DNA of 64,000 nucleotides from Octopus sinensis (GCF_006345805.1 NC_042999.1:167896001-167960000), one strand, 5' to 3'. Positions 26,030-39,315 are shown, counted from the first letter of the stretch. Notes: generated from the letters alone by a model not told the origin. Translations and numbers: made by a program.

Positions 26030-27120
26030 TGTCAAAAGTTCTTTTGCTCCACTGTCAAAATTTTCATCACACCTCTGTGAGCTGGTCATTGACACAGTTC
26101 AGCATGTACTCTGAAATTATGTTATTCAGTTTATATGTAGCCAATGTAAATTTAGCCTTCATGTCACCTTCAGTATAAAATAAATGTATTAAACTGTATC
26201 AGTAACCAGGTCACAATGATGTAATTAAAATATTGAAACATGAAGAAGTAATTACAAAGTGACTATTCTACAATGCATGTGTTTCAATGGTCTAATTTTT
26301 GGTCAACTTTTCTCAGTTGTTTCACTGATATGTACCTTTTGTCAAAATTCTTAGTTTGTAATAATTCTATGGTATTGCTAAGAGACGACATTATGTCAAC
26401 ACTTACGATAAAACATATTTGCTTCCATTAAGATACACTTACAAAGTCTGTTTATTCAAAACGAAAAAAAAGCTTAATTATCAACTAATGAACCTTGAAA
26501 AATACTTCACAAAGGCCAAATTCATATCAGAAAATGATTTTTCATAAAAACTTTTAGAGAGGCCATGCAATAGAGATATCTACTGCATAGATCTATGGTT
26601 GATCTAGTAATAACAATATTAGCATTTAATGAGTAAATTAGAAAGGTTGGAGGTAGCAAACATTCTTATAGCACATTTAGAATACTGGAGATATATATCA
26701 GTAAAAATTATTCATGAAATAAATTACAAATTGTCGTAAAATAAATTATGAATTAATTGACGAAATAAGATATTAAAATTTATTACATGCCACGATATCA
26801 ACATTCCTTTTATGATTAGCCTTAATCCTTTCAGCATACCTGTTCTCTCTCTCTCTCTCTCTCTCTTTCACGGATCCAGTTGCTCAGTTGCATAACAAAG
26901 ACACTAAGCTTAAGTCTTTACCTGAGATGTGGTTTGGAGGACATATGTCTTGCACCTTTGTATGTAATATTATTATCAAAGCATTTATTTTCACACACCT
27001 GTGTTTATGCCAGAACTATATGGAAAATATCCTAACTTATTAAAGGGTCATTTCCCTATTGATTAGTTTGTGTCCATGAATGGTAAGTGTGTGTGTGTGT
27101 GTGAGATCATAACGGCCTAT

Positions 27121-27522
27121 GAGTGGCTGTGTGGTAAGTAGCTTGCTAACCAACCGCATGGTTCCGGGTTCAGTCCCACTGCGTGGCATCTTGGGCAAGT
27201 GTCTTCTGCTATAGCCCCGGGCCGACCAAAGCCTTGTGAGTGGATTTGGTAGATGGAAACTGAAAGAAGCCTGTCGTATATATGTATATATATATGTATG
27301 TGTGTGTTCGTGTGTCTGTGTTTGTCCCCCTAGCATTGCTTGACAACCGATACTGGTGTGTTTACGTCCCCGTCACTTAGCAGTTTGGCAAAAGAGACCG
27401 ATAGAATAAGTACTGGGCTTACAAAGAATAAGTCCTTGGGTCTAGTTGCTCAACTAAAGGCGGTGCTCCAGCATGGCCGCAGTCAAATGACTGAAACGAG
27501 TAAAAAAGAGTAAAAAGAGAGT
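27121..27522 (+). mobile_element. SINE A
   Basis: Near-full architecture. Confidence 0.92.
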
Positions 27523-28205
27523 ATATCTTACAAGTCAACAAGATGGGCTCTATGCAGTTGCTCAATCTGCAAGAAATAAATAGCAGCCAAATCTCCCTCA
27601 AAACATGTCTTATAGGCATGGAGGAAGGATGCATTAGGTAATGTCGTCTCTTAGCAATACTTTGCATATAAAAATGGATGATCAAAGCTGGAATGCCTTT
27701 GATCCTAAATCTGCTTATCAGGACTGACCCAGGGTTAAGCAGCAGTATGGTATGCCTACTTAAAAGCTTTATAAATCATATAAAACATATTGAAGCCCTA
27801 AACAAATGCAGCCAAGATACAAAAGAAAAAGACACAAGTTGTTGTTTTTCTTGTAACAGGGTACGTCTTTATTGATCAGCAACTTGAGCAGTCTGCATTG
27901 AATCTGGCTTGTAGACCCCTTTTCCTCTAATCTTATACAGGAATATTTGTTAAAATCTTATTGAAATAACTATGATCCTTGACATACATTATATGCAAAT
28001 GAGTGTATGTGAAGTTTTATGGTTGGATACTATTCATAACATCAGCCATTTTATTCAGTCTGCTGGTGGGCTTTATTATGGCACCAAGCAACAGGGAGTT
28101 TGTGTCTTTGTAGGGATATGTCATATAGGTTATAAATCAACGTTTTCGGTATAATATCAAGCATTGCATACAAACATGAATACATGAATTCACACACACA
28201 TTCGT

Positions 28206-28240
<35 letters not shown>

Positions 28241-28736
28241 TCAAATAACAATAGTCAAAGGAAAGAACTTAGTGACATAAGCAGGATACTGAAGGAAGCA
28301 AAACACTATTTAGTAAAAAAAAAAAAAAAAAAATTACAATCAGTCAAATTAAAACCATTTGAAATACAGTTAAGTTGAAATATAGCATTTTTATTTGTTT
28401 AAACTCATCACAATTTTAATGTGTGTATGTTTATAAATTTCTTATGAAGTAAAGCTTTTGTGCCACTAAGAACAGTTGTCATGTGCTTGTTTTGGAGAAA
28501 ATTTATTAGTAAAAAATATTTTAAAACTTCTTTCTGCCTTTCTGATATTATAAATATTCCTTTGAATATTTATAGAAAGCTGTTTTTGAATTTGCTGTTC
28601 TCACAAATTTCTAAATATTCACTCATTGGGATTTTCCTTATTTGGTATTTATGTATTTGGACTCATTCTCATGGAATTTTCAATTTGTCTGATATCATTT
28701 TCTTTAAAAGTGGGGCAGATTATACAACATGCATCA

Positions 28737-28952
28737 TACTCTTTTTTACTCTTTTATTTGTTTCAGTCATTTGACTGTGGCCATGCTGGAGCACCGCCTT
28801 TAGTCGAGCAACTCGACCCCGGGACTTATTCTTTTGTAAGCCCTGTACTTATTCTATCGGTCTCTTTTGCCGAACCGCTAAGTGACGGCAACGTAAACAC
28901 ACCAGCATCGGTTGTCAAGCAATGCTAGGGGGACAAACACACACACAAACTT

Positions 28953-29001
<49 letters not shown>

Positions 29002-29126
29002 CATATGACGGGCTTCTTTCTGTTTCCGTCTACCAAATCCACTCACAAGGCTTTGGTCAGTGGTACTGAACCCGGAACCATGTGGTTGGTAAACAAGCTA
29101 CTTACAACACAGCCACTCCTGCACCT
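28737..29126 (-). mobile_element. SINE A with internal deletion in the CORE region
   Basis: ctttggtc|agtggtactgaacc deletion of ~45 bp. Confidence 0.9.
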
Positions 29127-30019
29127 ATGCTAACATTTATTTTGAAAGATTATCCAATCTTAAGCTTTGTCTCAGGAATAGTTTCCAAATAATTGAAGAT
29201 ATCTCTATTGCATGGCCTCTCTAAAAGTTTTTTATGAAAAATCATTTTCTGATATGAATTTGGCCTTTGTAAAGTATTTTTCAAGGTTCATTAGTTGATA
29301 ATTAAGCTTTTTTTTTTCGTTTTGAATAAACAGACTTTGTAAGTGTATCTTAATGGAAGCAAATATGTTTTATCGTAAGTGTTGACAAATGCCTTAACAT
29401 AACGTCTCAGTTTTTTGTCTAGGCGTTCTAAGTTGAGATATATCCAGTTCCCTTACTTTTTTAATCCCATCATCTGTTAAGAGCAAGAGCTAATTTTGAT
29501 GGTTTAGAAAGCTTCTAAGTTCATTTAGTTAAATTTGCTGTAATTCTAAAGCGACCCCTATCAGACACATTCATCTTGCAATGCATCATGGAATGTTCCT
29601 TTTAAGGTGTGATACATGATGTGAATTAAAGTTCAATATATTTGCTGTAATTCAGTATTACATTTATGAAAATATCTAAAAATATTAATTCTTTTTCACG
29701 GGGTTTCCATTGTGAATTTAATAGACAGGTAAAGGTATTTAAAATGTTACTTTTGATTTCTTCTCAAAAATAAATCAGTCATCAAGAATAAAGTCTCATT
29801 TCTATTATGGTATATAACTCTTTTACTCTGGGAATCTAATCACATGATTTGCATACTAGGGTACAAATATCATGTTCATGACAGCTCATTTTCTCTGGGT
29901 ATTTTGACATTACTCTTCCTCTTTCCCTCTCTCCTGTCTTCTCCATTTCTTCTTGCTTTATATTAGCATTTATAATTCTATTAGTCCATTAACATTTCAA
30001 AGCTATCTCAGCCCCTTCC

Positions 30020-30420
30020 TTAAAGTGAAATGACTATAAGAATGGCATGTTTTCACGCGTTTTGCATTGGGTTATAAAGGATCATTGGCATGCAATTAAA
30101 TTATTCACTAAGACTGATTCCCTGTATGTTTATTGATTTTTGGTTCATATTTCCCTATTAGTAAACCCTTTAAGTTTTCTCTACCACACTCTTTCCTGAC
30201 AAGTCACCTGTAGCACACTTTTTACTTTCACTTTGATGAAATTGTTAACCTGTGCTGCAGACATTCTTCTGAAGAATTATTTCTTGGTGTGTTGATCATA
30301 GGACATGTCTTGGGTAGAGTTAATACCTCTCCATTTTTGACCACTGCCAATTTCTTCCTACTAGGTGGTTTGCCTTGGTTGTAAACACAAAATTCTTACA
30401 ATATGTCTGCAACGTTTTTT
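30020..30420 (-). pseudogene. Possible very old Tc1-like transposase remnant
   Basis: Minus-frame EIGSGQKWRG...RRMSAAQV...GFTNR loosely resembles the Tc1 DNA-binding region; multiple stops. Confidence 0.25.
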
Positions 30421-31043
30421 TCTTTGACTAGCAGCTTCATTGTGGAAGTCATTCATTTAGTGATACCATATTAAGACCCGCCACTTCATGTCACTTCTAG
30501 CCTGTTCTCTGAAACAGTTTGCCATGGTATGGTGCTTAGAACTTCACATGCAAGATATAGAAAGTAGATGAAGACCAGTGATACTCCATTCACCTTATCA
30601 ATTAAGGAACAACATGCTAGCCATCAACAGTTGTACTATTCAGATCTGAGAAAAATTACCCCAGATGAGTGTTTCACACTAAATATAAATACTGTCTCAC
30701 ATATGTAATATAGTGAGTTGAGTAACTTCAATCAACTAAGATTATCCAAACAATTAGTAGACAAAAACTTCCACTAGAGTTGCTTAAAATCAGAGAACTC
30801 CAATATGATTAATTGGACAATACTGATCAATCAGACTGGAATGGATCTTTAACTTTTTAGCATTCAGATTTTTCTGTCAAATGTAAAACTTATTTATTCA
30901 CACTGTTTTGAATTACTTGTGCATTATCTTTCTGTGTTGAGATTTCGATGATGTTCTTGTTTATTTTTAATATGACATTTTAGGGTAGGTGTGAGAGGCT
31001 GAATATGGTCAATCTGTACATAAAACATATATGGCCAGTTTAA

Positions 31044-31264
31044 CCCTTTAGTGTTCGCATTATTCTGCCAAAATTAATTCTTTTTTATCCACGTTGTTTT
31101 GAACTAATCATGCATTATCTTGTAGCTATGAGATTTTGATGAGGTAGCTGTTGATTTTTAAAACGATATTGTAGGGTTGGTGTGAGAGACCAGATCTGGC
31201 CATTTTGAACATAAAACAGGCAGAATACTTTTGGCCAGATATGGCCGGCTTAAATGCTAATGGG
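31044..31264. mobile_element. piggyBac-type MITE, complete
   Basis: TTAA at 31040-31043 and 31265-31268 flanking CCCTTTAG...CTAATGGG; related copies at 43810-44032, ~49790-49995 and 63671-63891. Confidence 0.8.
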
Positions 31265-31339
31265 TTAAAATGCTAGTGAAAGCTGTGGATATATATCAGC
31301 TTTATTAGATCCATTCCAATCTGCATTGACTATATTCCC

Positions 31340-32000
31340 CAATATTTTTGATCAACTGATTTTACTTTGGAACACTCACTTCTACTGGTTATTAGGTCAC
31401 CTAGGTAATATAAACTATCAATTATTTCTAAGAAACCTTCTGAGCATTTTAAAGAAGTTATCTCATATTTAGTCTTACTGTTAAATACTTCTGTACATGT
31501 ACTTGATAAGAAGTATTTCTTCTCTATCAGCCTGCATATACCTCTTAGGCACCCATAGTTTATACGTAGTACAAGGTACAGCGTTTTTAACTAATCCTTC
31601 TCTGCATATTGAACATGACAGCCTTCCTAGAATTAGTAAAGTCCTGTCTTCTTTCCTGTGTCTTTACTTTTGCCTTTACTTGATTTAGTTTAATGCTTCT
31701 CAATTCTGTTTAGAACTTCTTTTCAAATTCTTCGACAGATTCATCTATGAAAACTTGGCATATAGGGATTTCTACAGAGACACAGTCATAGTGAGAGAAC
31801 TGGGAACTAAGCTCTGATGTCTCTGCATACTAGATTCATCACTGAACTCAGTACTAATTCTGACTTTACTGACAACATTTCTGTGTATGGTGGGCATGGC
31901 TCTCACAAGCTATTCATCCGCACCTAGTTTTCTTAGCACCTTTACAGGGAGTAGTATTCTATAAAAGGTCTTTTCTAGATCGATGAATGTACAGGCACAG
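31340..32000 (-). pseudogene. Old RTE-clade reverse transcriptase remnant
   Basis: FIDLEKTF...LRKLGADE*LVRAM, GRLSCSICREGLVKNAVPCTTYKLWVPKR and LEIIDSLYYLGDLI match RTE RT motifs; stops and deletions. Confidence 0.7.
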
Positions 32001-32726
32001 TGACTTACACTATGCATACCCTTAACATAGTTCTCAGGGAGATTCAGCGTGACACAGAATGTGACATGGCCGGCCCTTTGAAATAGAGATACTACTCATT
32101 TTCGCCAGCTGAGTGGACTGGAGCAACATGAAATAAAGTGTCTTGCTCAAGAACACAATTCACCACTAGGAATTGATCTCACAACCTTATGATCATGAGC
32201 CTTACTCTCTAGGCTGTGTGTCTGCATGTCATCTAGCCTTATAAAGTTCATATCCATGTTGTTACCTCCATTAAGTCAATGCCTCTGTTGTTAATTCTTT
32301 CCCAGTAACATGTAATAAGGGTCAATAATTAGGCCAGATTGCTATTCCAAGTCTTTTCAGTGGGCACAAACATTTCTTATAGACTGTGATTGTGGTGTTT
32401 ATGGAGAGAGTAAACTTAGGTCAGCTAGTTTTGACTTAGTATAGACTGTCACAGTTCTAATTTCACAAGAAGTGTATGTATCTCTTGTACTTTGGTGAGT
32501 GATGTGTCTGCATATCTACATCCATGTACAACATATGGACCTCCCAGGTTTCTGTAGTGCTATATTAAGAGTGGTATGGAACAGAAAGATGGGGTTTGTA
32601 GTTCTCTGGGTTTCCTTGCAACTTTAGATGAATCTAAAACACACAGACACATATATATGAGAGAAAAAGAGAAATCTTAATACAGATGCACATGGTCAGA
32701 CAGATATTTATATGTACTCATTGGGA

Positions 32727-32761
<35 letters not shown>

Positions 32762-33552
32762 CTTACATTCATATGTGTATGTTTGACTGTCAAGTCAGTT
32801 GTATATTACAAATTGCAAAACGTCTATTTATCTACAAATATTTATATGTACATACATGCACAAGCACACACATATACGCACATTCACAAAAGCATGCCTG
32901 CATTCCACTTGTATTGCACATTTCTGTTACAGTTTATGACAGTGATATATTAGTTCAGTGATAAATGTAGCTCAGTAGACTCCACCTTCTCGTGAAAACA
33001 TGGAGGAAAAATCTGTTTGAAAAACACTAATTATGATGCAGACACATACTTGCTAAGAGAAAACGTTGCTCTCGGTTGCTGTGCGGATACCACCTATATA
33101 AACATCACCACCTACAACTTAGCAACTGTCTGAACATCTAAGATAAGAGATAGAGCCAACCACAATAAGGATGAAATACTTTTATTTTCATTTTCTGTTT
33201 TGTACAAACACGTATACATGTGTGATTATACTGTAGGTCAATATGTAGCGACTGTTATGAGCAGACACATTCACACATTAACATGCCCTATACACACATT
33301 CACACATTTACTTCCAAAGTCATCTTCATATATATGTACATACACATGTGTTTGTTTTGTAGGTTTGTGTGTGTGTGTATGCATGTGCATAACAAATGTT
33401 TTAAAGCTGTTTTCCTTGTTAAAGAGAAGGTTAGCTTTGCAAGGTCCATGACAGTGTATTATACACATCATGGTTCCCTATTTTGAAGTTGGGTTTTGTA
33501 ACTGGATGCACTTCCTATTACCACTCTCTTTTTGTGAACTGGTGTGCTTATC

Positions 33553-33770
33553 ATCGTTTAACGTCCGCTTTCCATGCTAGCATGGGTTGAACAGTTTGAC
33601 TGAGGACTGGTGAATCAGATGGCTGCACCAGGCTGCAATCTGATCTGGCAGAGTTTCAATAGCTGGAAGCCCTTCCTAACGCCAACCACTCTGAGAGTGT
33701 AGTGGGTGCTTTTATGTTCCACCAGCATGGGGACCAGTCAGACGGTACTGGCAACGGCCTCACTCATTCA
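33553..33770 (-). mobile_element. RTE LINE 3' end
   Basis: catcgtttaacgtccgctttccatgctagcatggg... as at 46112. Confidence 0.85.
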
Positions 33771-34366
33771 TTCATATATAGGTACCCCCTCAAGTATAAG
33801 CTATAGATCCAACCTCAGTCTCTTGCAGTTGTGAGACACCCCCAGACTCACAACCATAAGGTCAGAGGCTCAGTTCCCAAGTGAGGCAGTGCCTTGTCTC
33901 CTTGGACAACGCACCTCATTTCATGTTACTCCAGTTCACTCACCTGCAAGTGAGTAACAACTGCAATTAGAGGGGATGATTAACCTTGTGGTAGAATGAC
34001 AACTTGTCCAGGTGGGAGTATCTGTCAGTCTTTTAGTTGTACAATTAGTAACTTTCTTAACATCTCAGAAACTAGCTGAGGGGCCAACCTAACACATCAG
34101 AGTTGACAGAGTGTCAGCCAATGAGGGCTGCATCAGCAAATGCAGTCTGACAAGAAACTATTGATAAAAAAAATGAGAAATAGATGGTGGTTACTAAAAG
34201 TTGTCCTCTTTACTTTTCAGATGCTGTAAATGAGTGTAATGGGATGGTAGTTGGTTAGGTCAGAGAGATAAGTGCTGCGCTTGATTCATTTGACAAAAAA
34301 ATTCTTGAAGGCAATGCTCCAGCATGGTCCCATTCTAATGACTGAAACAAGTTAAAAAATAAAAGA

Positions 34367-34514
34367 TAGCGGTTCGGCAAAAGTGACTGATAGAATAAGT
34401 TCTGGGCTTGCAAAGAATAAGTCCCGGGGTCGATTTGCTCGACTAAAGGCGGTGCTCCAGCATGGCCACAGTCAAATGACTGAAACAAGTAAAAGAGTAA
34501 AAGAGTAAAAGAGT
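34367..34514 (+). mobile_element. SINE A 3' half (preceded by an older tail copy at ~34305-34365)
   Basis: tagcggttcggcaaaag...gactgaaacaag(taaaagag)n. Confidence 0.88.
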
Positions 34515-34526
34515 AAGTATACATAT

Positions 34527-34571
<45 letters not shown>

Positions 34572-34582
34572 TGTATATATAT

Positions 34583-35570
34583 AGGGAGAGTTTACGAAAA
34601 AAAACAAAAGACGAAGTCAGGTGGTGTATGAAACAAACAGATGTATTAGTATAATGCTCAGGAATAGAAAAAGTCTTTTACGTTTCGAGCCTACGCTCTT
34701 TTACAGAAAGGTACACAGAAAATCAAGGAGAGAAACAAGGAGCAAAAAAAAATGTGTGTAGTAGCTAACGATCTATCATGGCGACTGACTCAGACAGAAG
34801 GGTCACACATGAGAAGGAAAGTAGGGGAGATAACAAAGTGAAGAGGACCCCCAACATGAAGGTGCGTGTGAAAGAGGACTGGTGGTCTGGACGTGTGCGT
34901 GTATGTATGTGTAGGTGTGAAAATTTGGGGATGGGTGTGGGGGTTGGGTGTTGTGATGTGATGTGTAATGTTGTATAGTGTGGTGTGGTGTGGTGTGATG
35001 TTGTTGGGAGGTGGTGGAGGCGAGAGAAGGGGAAAGCACGGGTGTTGGTTTGACTGAGGGTTGAGGTAGAGTTGGGGTTTGTGGGTAGCCAGAGGGTGGG
35101 GGTAGAGTTGGGGTATGTGGGAGAGGGTGTGTGGGATAGGATGGGGGAATGTGAAGGATAGGGAAGGTGGAGTAGGGATGTGTAGGGGTGGGTGGGCTTA
35201 TGGGGGGAGGAGAAGGTGGGTATGTGAGGAGAGAGAGGAGGAGAGAAGAGAGAAAGAGATGGTGAAAGAGTAAGAGAAAGAGAATAAGAGAGAAGAGAGA
35301 AAGTGGGAAGAGAGTAAGAGAGAAGAGGGAAAGAGGGGAGAGAAAGAGAGTAAGAGAGAAAGAGGGGAGAGAAAGAGAGTAAGAGAGAAAGAGAGAGTGA
35401 AAGAGTAAGAGAAAGAGAATAAGAGAGAAGAGAGAAATTGGGAAGAGAGAAAGAGAGTAAGAGAGAAGAGGGAAAGAGGGGAGAGAAAGAGAGTAGGAGA
35501 GAAGAGAGAAAGAGAGAAGAGGGAAAGAGGGGAGAGAAGAGAGAAAGAGAGTAGGATTTGATTAGCTCTA
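34583..35570 (-). mobile_element. Probable Penelope-like 3' region: long purine/G-rich tract plus terminal repeat with decayed hammerhead
   Basis: Minus strand 34676-34707: cttt-CUGUAAAA-GAGC-guag-GCUC-GAAAC-GUA-aaag; upstream polypyrimidine UTR-like tract. Confidence 0.5.
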
Positions 35571-35781
35571 TCCAACAATCAGACACCAGTAAATGTAATT
35601 AGAATACACATCCAAGCATCCAAGGTAATTCACCATGTATGGCAAGAAGATCCAAATATCATTTAGAAGAATTTTGAGAGATTCCAAGTAGTTGACAACT
35701 AAAAATACATATAGAAAATCACATCTTTATTGTAGAATTCACCTTGTAAAGGCAACTATTGTTTTTATTGTATTATAGATA

Positions 35782-36790
35782 TACTAACATTATGACCCGG
35801 CGTTGCTGGGTCATGGTTCTAGTTTGGTATAAATTTGTTAAATTAAAAATTTGGGGTAATAAAACATACAATAACATATTAAAAAGACAAATTAAAATTC
35901 CAGAGAAAAATACATAGAAGATAAATATACAAATTACAAATATACATAAAAGTTCATCTACGGGCCGTTTCGGAGATGCACCAATCAATATGAAACATAT
36001 CATATATTTAAAAGTGACACTTCCCTCGTCAGGATGTTTTTTACACACAACACATAGTACACGGAAACAAATGCACAATTACATACCTGCTACATGCGAA
36101 AGACCAGACATTACGTACTCCCAAAAATTCTCATAGATAATAAATGCTACTTTATAAGCATATAATTCAATCTAGCAGCTATAGTAAATGGTATGCGCAC
36201 AGCTCCATCTGGACTAATTCACTTCTGCACACAATTAAATTTTTCATCTTTTAATTTCTCCCATTCTTGCAAAGCCACATATTCGAGTTCAAGTCCTTGA
36301 TACATTTTATACTAATTGCTATTTTTTCTTTTAATTGTTATATTACGATTTAATTACCATTTTAATAAAATAAAATATATTTGATTACTACTTACTATAT
36401 TTACTATATTTTTTCAATTATTTTCATTACCTCTAACTTTTATTGCAATTTTTATTCCTAAATTTCTTATGGAATTTCGAGTGGATCTTATGCGTACAAT
36501 ATATTTTTATATGATGTTTATATATTTATATATTACTATATATTTCTAAACGTCGGGCTTTATGTCTGTTCTGTAGATATAAATGAATATATGAATATAT
36601 GTATGTGTTTGATCTTTCTGTGGATTTTGTAGTGCTCTTGTAGTTGCTGCTCGCATTGCCTCCCCTTGGATTAAAAAGTGTATACAGCTCATTTGAGCAC
36701 TACTATTCCAGTCTGTTATATATTTTGAGGGTTGTTGTCACTAACGATCTCAAGATATAACTTTATATTTTGTAATATATATATATATAT
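35782..36790 (-). mobile_element. Probable ~1-kb non-autonomous Helitron containing a hammerhead-bearing segment
   Basis: Minus-strand 3' end acccagcaacgccgggtcataatgttag|t resembles the 21531 family terminus (CTAG->TTAG); the 5' boundary in (TA)n is uncertain. Confidence 0.5.
35955..36036 (-). ncRNA. Type I hammerhead ribozyme motif, fully canonical core (HHR-36)
   Basis: CAUC-CUGACGA-ggg...ucc-GAAA-CGGCCCG-UA/GAUG; stem II ~54 nt with nested tgtcac/gtgca and atatga/tcatat helices; cleavage between 35959 and 35958. Confidence 0.8.
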
Positions 36791-36822
36791 ATATATACGT
36801 CCATATACATACAATAGAGAGA

Positions 36823-37303
36823 TAGTTAGTTAGTTAGTTAATTTTTTGGCTCAAAAAGCAAAAAGCAAGGCCATGTAGGGGGACATGGAGTTATGTACAG
36901 GGTGGTGTTCATGTAAAGAGTTCAGGCCATTTCTGGTCAAGAGAGACTTTGAACCTAGCGGTCGTCGGCATCTTCACTATCTCGTCCGGCAGCTTATTCC
37001 ATGTAACCGCAACTTGGATGGAGAAAGCCCCTCTCCTTCGATTGAGATGAAATCGTCGCAGATAGAGCTTTTCGGAGTGACCCCGCAGCCAACGCTCTGG
37101 ATCAGGAGTGAAGAACAGCTCTTTGGAGAGGTTACACTTTCCGCTTATGATGTTGTGAGCAAGAATGAGATCACCACGGCAGCATCATTTTTCTAGAGAA
37201 TAAAGGCCGAGTGTCTTCAGCCTTTCTTCATAAGACAAATGCTTGAGACCAAGAACCATGCGGGTAGCCAGCTTTTGGACTCTTTCGAGATGCTGTATGT
37301 CTT
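36823..37303 (-). pseudogene. CR1-clade LINE 3' fragment with (TAAC)n tail
   Basis: [43 protein letters not shown]...WNKLPDEIV...FKVSLD, typical CR1 ORF2 C-terminus; stop at 36909-36911. Confidence 0.9.
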
Positions 37304-37510
37304 TGTTTCACTTTTAACATGTAATACTGAAATAGTGGAGAAGATATGATATTGCTGTGGGCTCGCCCTAGGCAAAAAGTTAAAGACACTCCCCGGACCC
37401 TAAGCAAGGCATATGTAAAATTTGAATGAAATTGGTTGTGTAGTTCTCAAGTTTTAGGGAAACACACAGACAGACAGACACACACACATTCTCAGTTTTA
37501 TATATAGAGA
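37304..37510 (-). mobile_element. Helitron-type 5' fragment
   Basis: tctctatatataaaactgagaatgtgtgtgtgtctgtctgtc...; related to 42755-42960 (+). Confidence 0.6.
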
Positions 37511-37514
37511 GATA

Positions 37515-37936
37515 GGCTTAGGGGTGGCTGTTTGGTAAGTAGCTTGCTTACCAACCACATGGTTTCGGGTTCAGTCCCACTACATGGCATCTTGGGCAAG
37601 TATCTTCTATTATAGCTTCAGGCCAACCAAATCCTTGTGAGTGGATTTGGTAGATGGAAACTGAAAGAAGCCTATTGTATATATGTATATATTATATATG
37701 TATGTGTGTGTGTATATGTTTGTGTGTCTGTGTTTGTTCCCACAACATTGCTTGACAACCAATGCTGGTGTGTTTACGTCCTCGTAACTTAGTGGTTTGG
37801 AAAAAGTGACCGATAGAATAAGTACTAGGCTTACAAAGAATAAGTCCTAGGGTCAATTTGCTCGACTAAAGGCAGTGCTCCAGCATGGACACAGTCAAAT
37901 GACTGAAACAAGTAAAAGAGTAAAAAAGAGTAAAAG
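37515..37936 (+). mobile_element. SINE A
   Basis: Full architecture, moderately diverged. Confidence 0.9.
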
Positions 37937-38226
37937 ATATCAAAATATCATTGAAATTGATATTTCCAAAAATACACGTTAACACATTTTCAAGGTGATC
38001 CAAAATTAGTGAAATTCAAGGTGAATTAATAAGATATTTCTAATACACACACACACCTACAAAAAGAATGCTGAGACAAAATATAATCCAAGACATTTCT
38101 GTATTCAACTTTTGGTGACATCAGTGGATAACAAAAGAATAACAAAAGAATTCTACATAACAACAATTAAAAGCATAATATAATTTAAGAAATGTAATAT
38201 AAGAAAGAAAGGCTATTTTTGTGTAT

Positions 38227-38271
<45 letters not shown>

Positions 38272-38291
38272 TATACATATGTATAAATGTT

Positions 38292-38322
<31 letters not shown>

Positions 38323-38355
38323 TATATATATGATGTATACATATGTATAAATGTT

Positions 38356-38389
<34 letters not shown>

Positions 38390-38635
38390 CAGTGATTATT
38401 GCTATTGAATTTTTTCAGTTATAGGTTTAGCTCAAGCATGTCTTTCTTTGTATCATGTTGTTTATCATTTTCAGTTAATGTGTGTGTGGTGTGTGTGTGT
38501 GTGTGTGTAAAACCTAATAATAATATATAATAACATAAATATATACCCGAGAAAATAATTTGGTTTGCCCCTACCCCTTTTTCCCTAAATATTAAAACTA
38601 ATGTTAGTAAGCATGTCCCAGAAAATCATAAATAC

Positions 38636-39100
38636 AGAAAGTTCTTTAACAGAATCTCAACTGAATTGTCATATGACTGCTGTCCCAGTAGGAAGAGCAT
38701 CATTACATTTAAATGCCATCAAGAGCCCACTCCTAGTCGTAACTGTTGAGACCATGGATCTTGCCAACTCAACCAGGCATACATGATAAGCTCCATCATA
38801 TATGAAGCTGAAGTCACAGCAATGCTACAATGATAATCTAGTCAAAAGGAAGAATTACACCAGGCTACCATCTATCTTCTTTCCAGCACATGGACAAAAG
38901 TAAAGCCACTAAGTTGGTTAGCCATATATGGATCTTCAAGTGGAGAATCATAGAAAAATCCATGTAAATTCAATTTACGTGTAGCTGAAAGATCGCATAT
39001 CCTTTTTAAATCTAAGAATTCCACTGCACTATTGAATTCCACATCATAAATTTTCAGCAAATGCTAACATATGAACAAGTTTCTTTTGGTGAATTGCAGG
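38636..39100 (+). pseudogene. Penelope-like element ORF remnant (RT C-terminus / GIY-YIG endonuclease region)
   Basis: One frame reads KFFNRISTELSYDCCPSRKSII...RNC*DHGSCQLNQAYMISSIIYEAEVT...CKFNLRVAERSHILFKSKNSTALLNSTS*IFSKC*HMNKFLLVN, matching PLE motifs (KIFNR..SYSC.PN.KSII; CNCR...CPL.G.C...IY.A.V; CNLCL.EK..IL...LLN...SKCRH.NKFLL). Confidence 0.7.
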
Positions 39101-39315
39101 TCACCACGCTCCACCTTCAACAGCTGTATTGCAGATATTAGATCCCTGCCATAGATTCTACACCAACTATGGCTTTACAGTCAAAGGAGACATATTCTTT
39201 CTTTTTTCATTTTTTCACCCTTCCACTTTTTGTATCCACCTTCCTCTCATCATTTTTCTCTTAATTTCCCATCTTCTATTGTCCTCATTTGTAACTTGTA
39301 TAGGCCATGGGCTCA

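Larger units (their letters stand above)
26394..29387. repeat. Long inverted repeat, arms 26394-26581 and 29197-29387
   Basis: One substitution and two homopolymer-length differences between the arms. Confidence 0.95.

Noticed and set aside
27067-27082. 16-nt exon-like segment with ATG|gtaagt donor
   Set aside because: Not a multiple of 3, mediocre acceptor, and adjacent to repeats.
34221-34258. Strong acceptor tttacttttcag followed by a short segment
   Set aside because: No good donor, and all frames hit stops.
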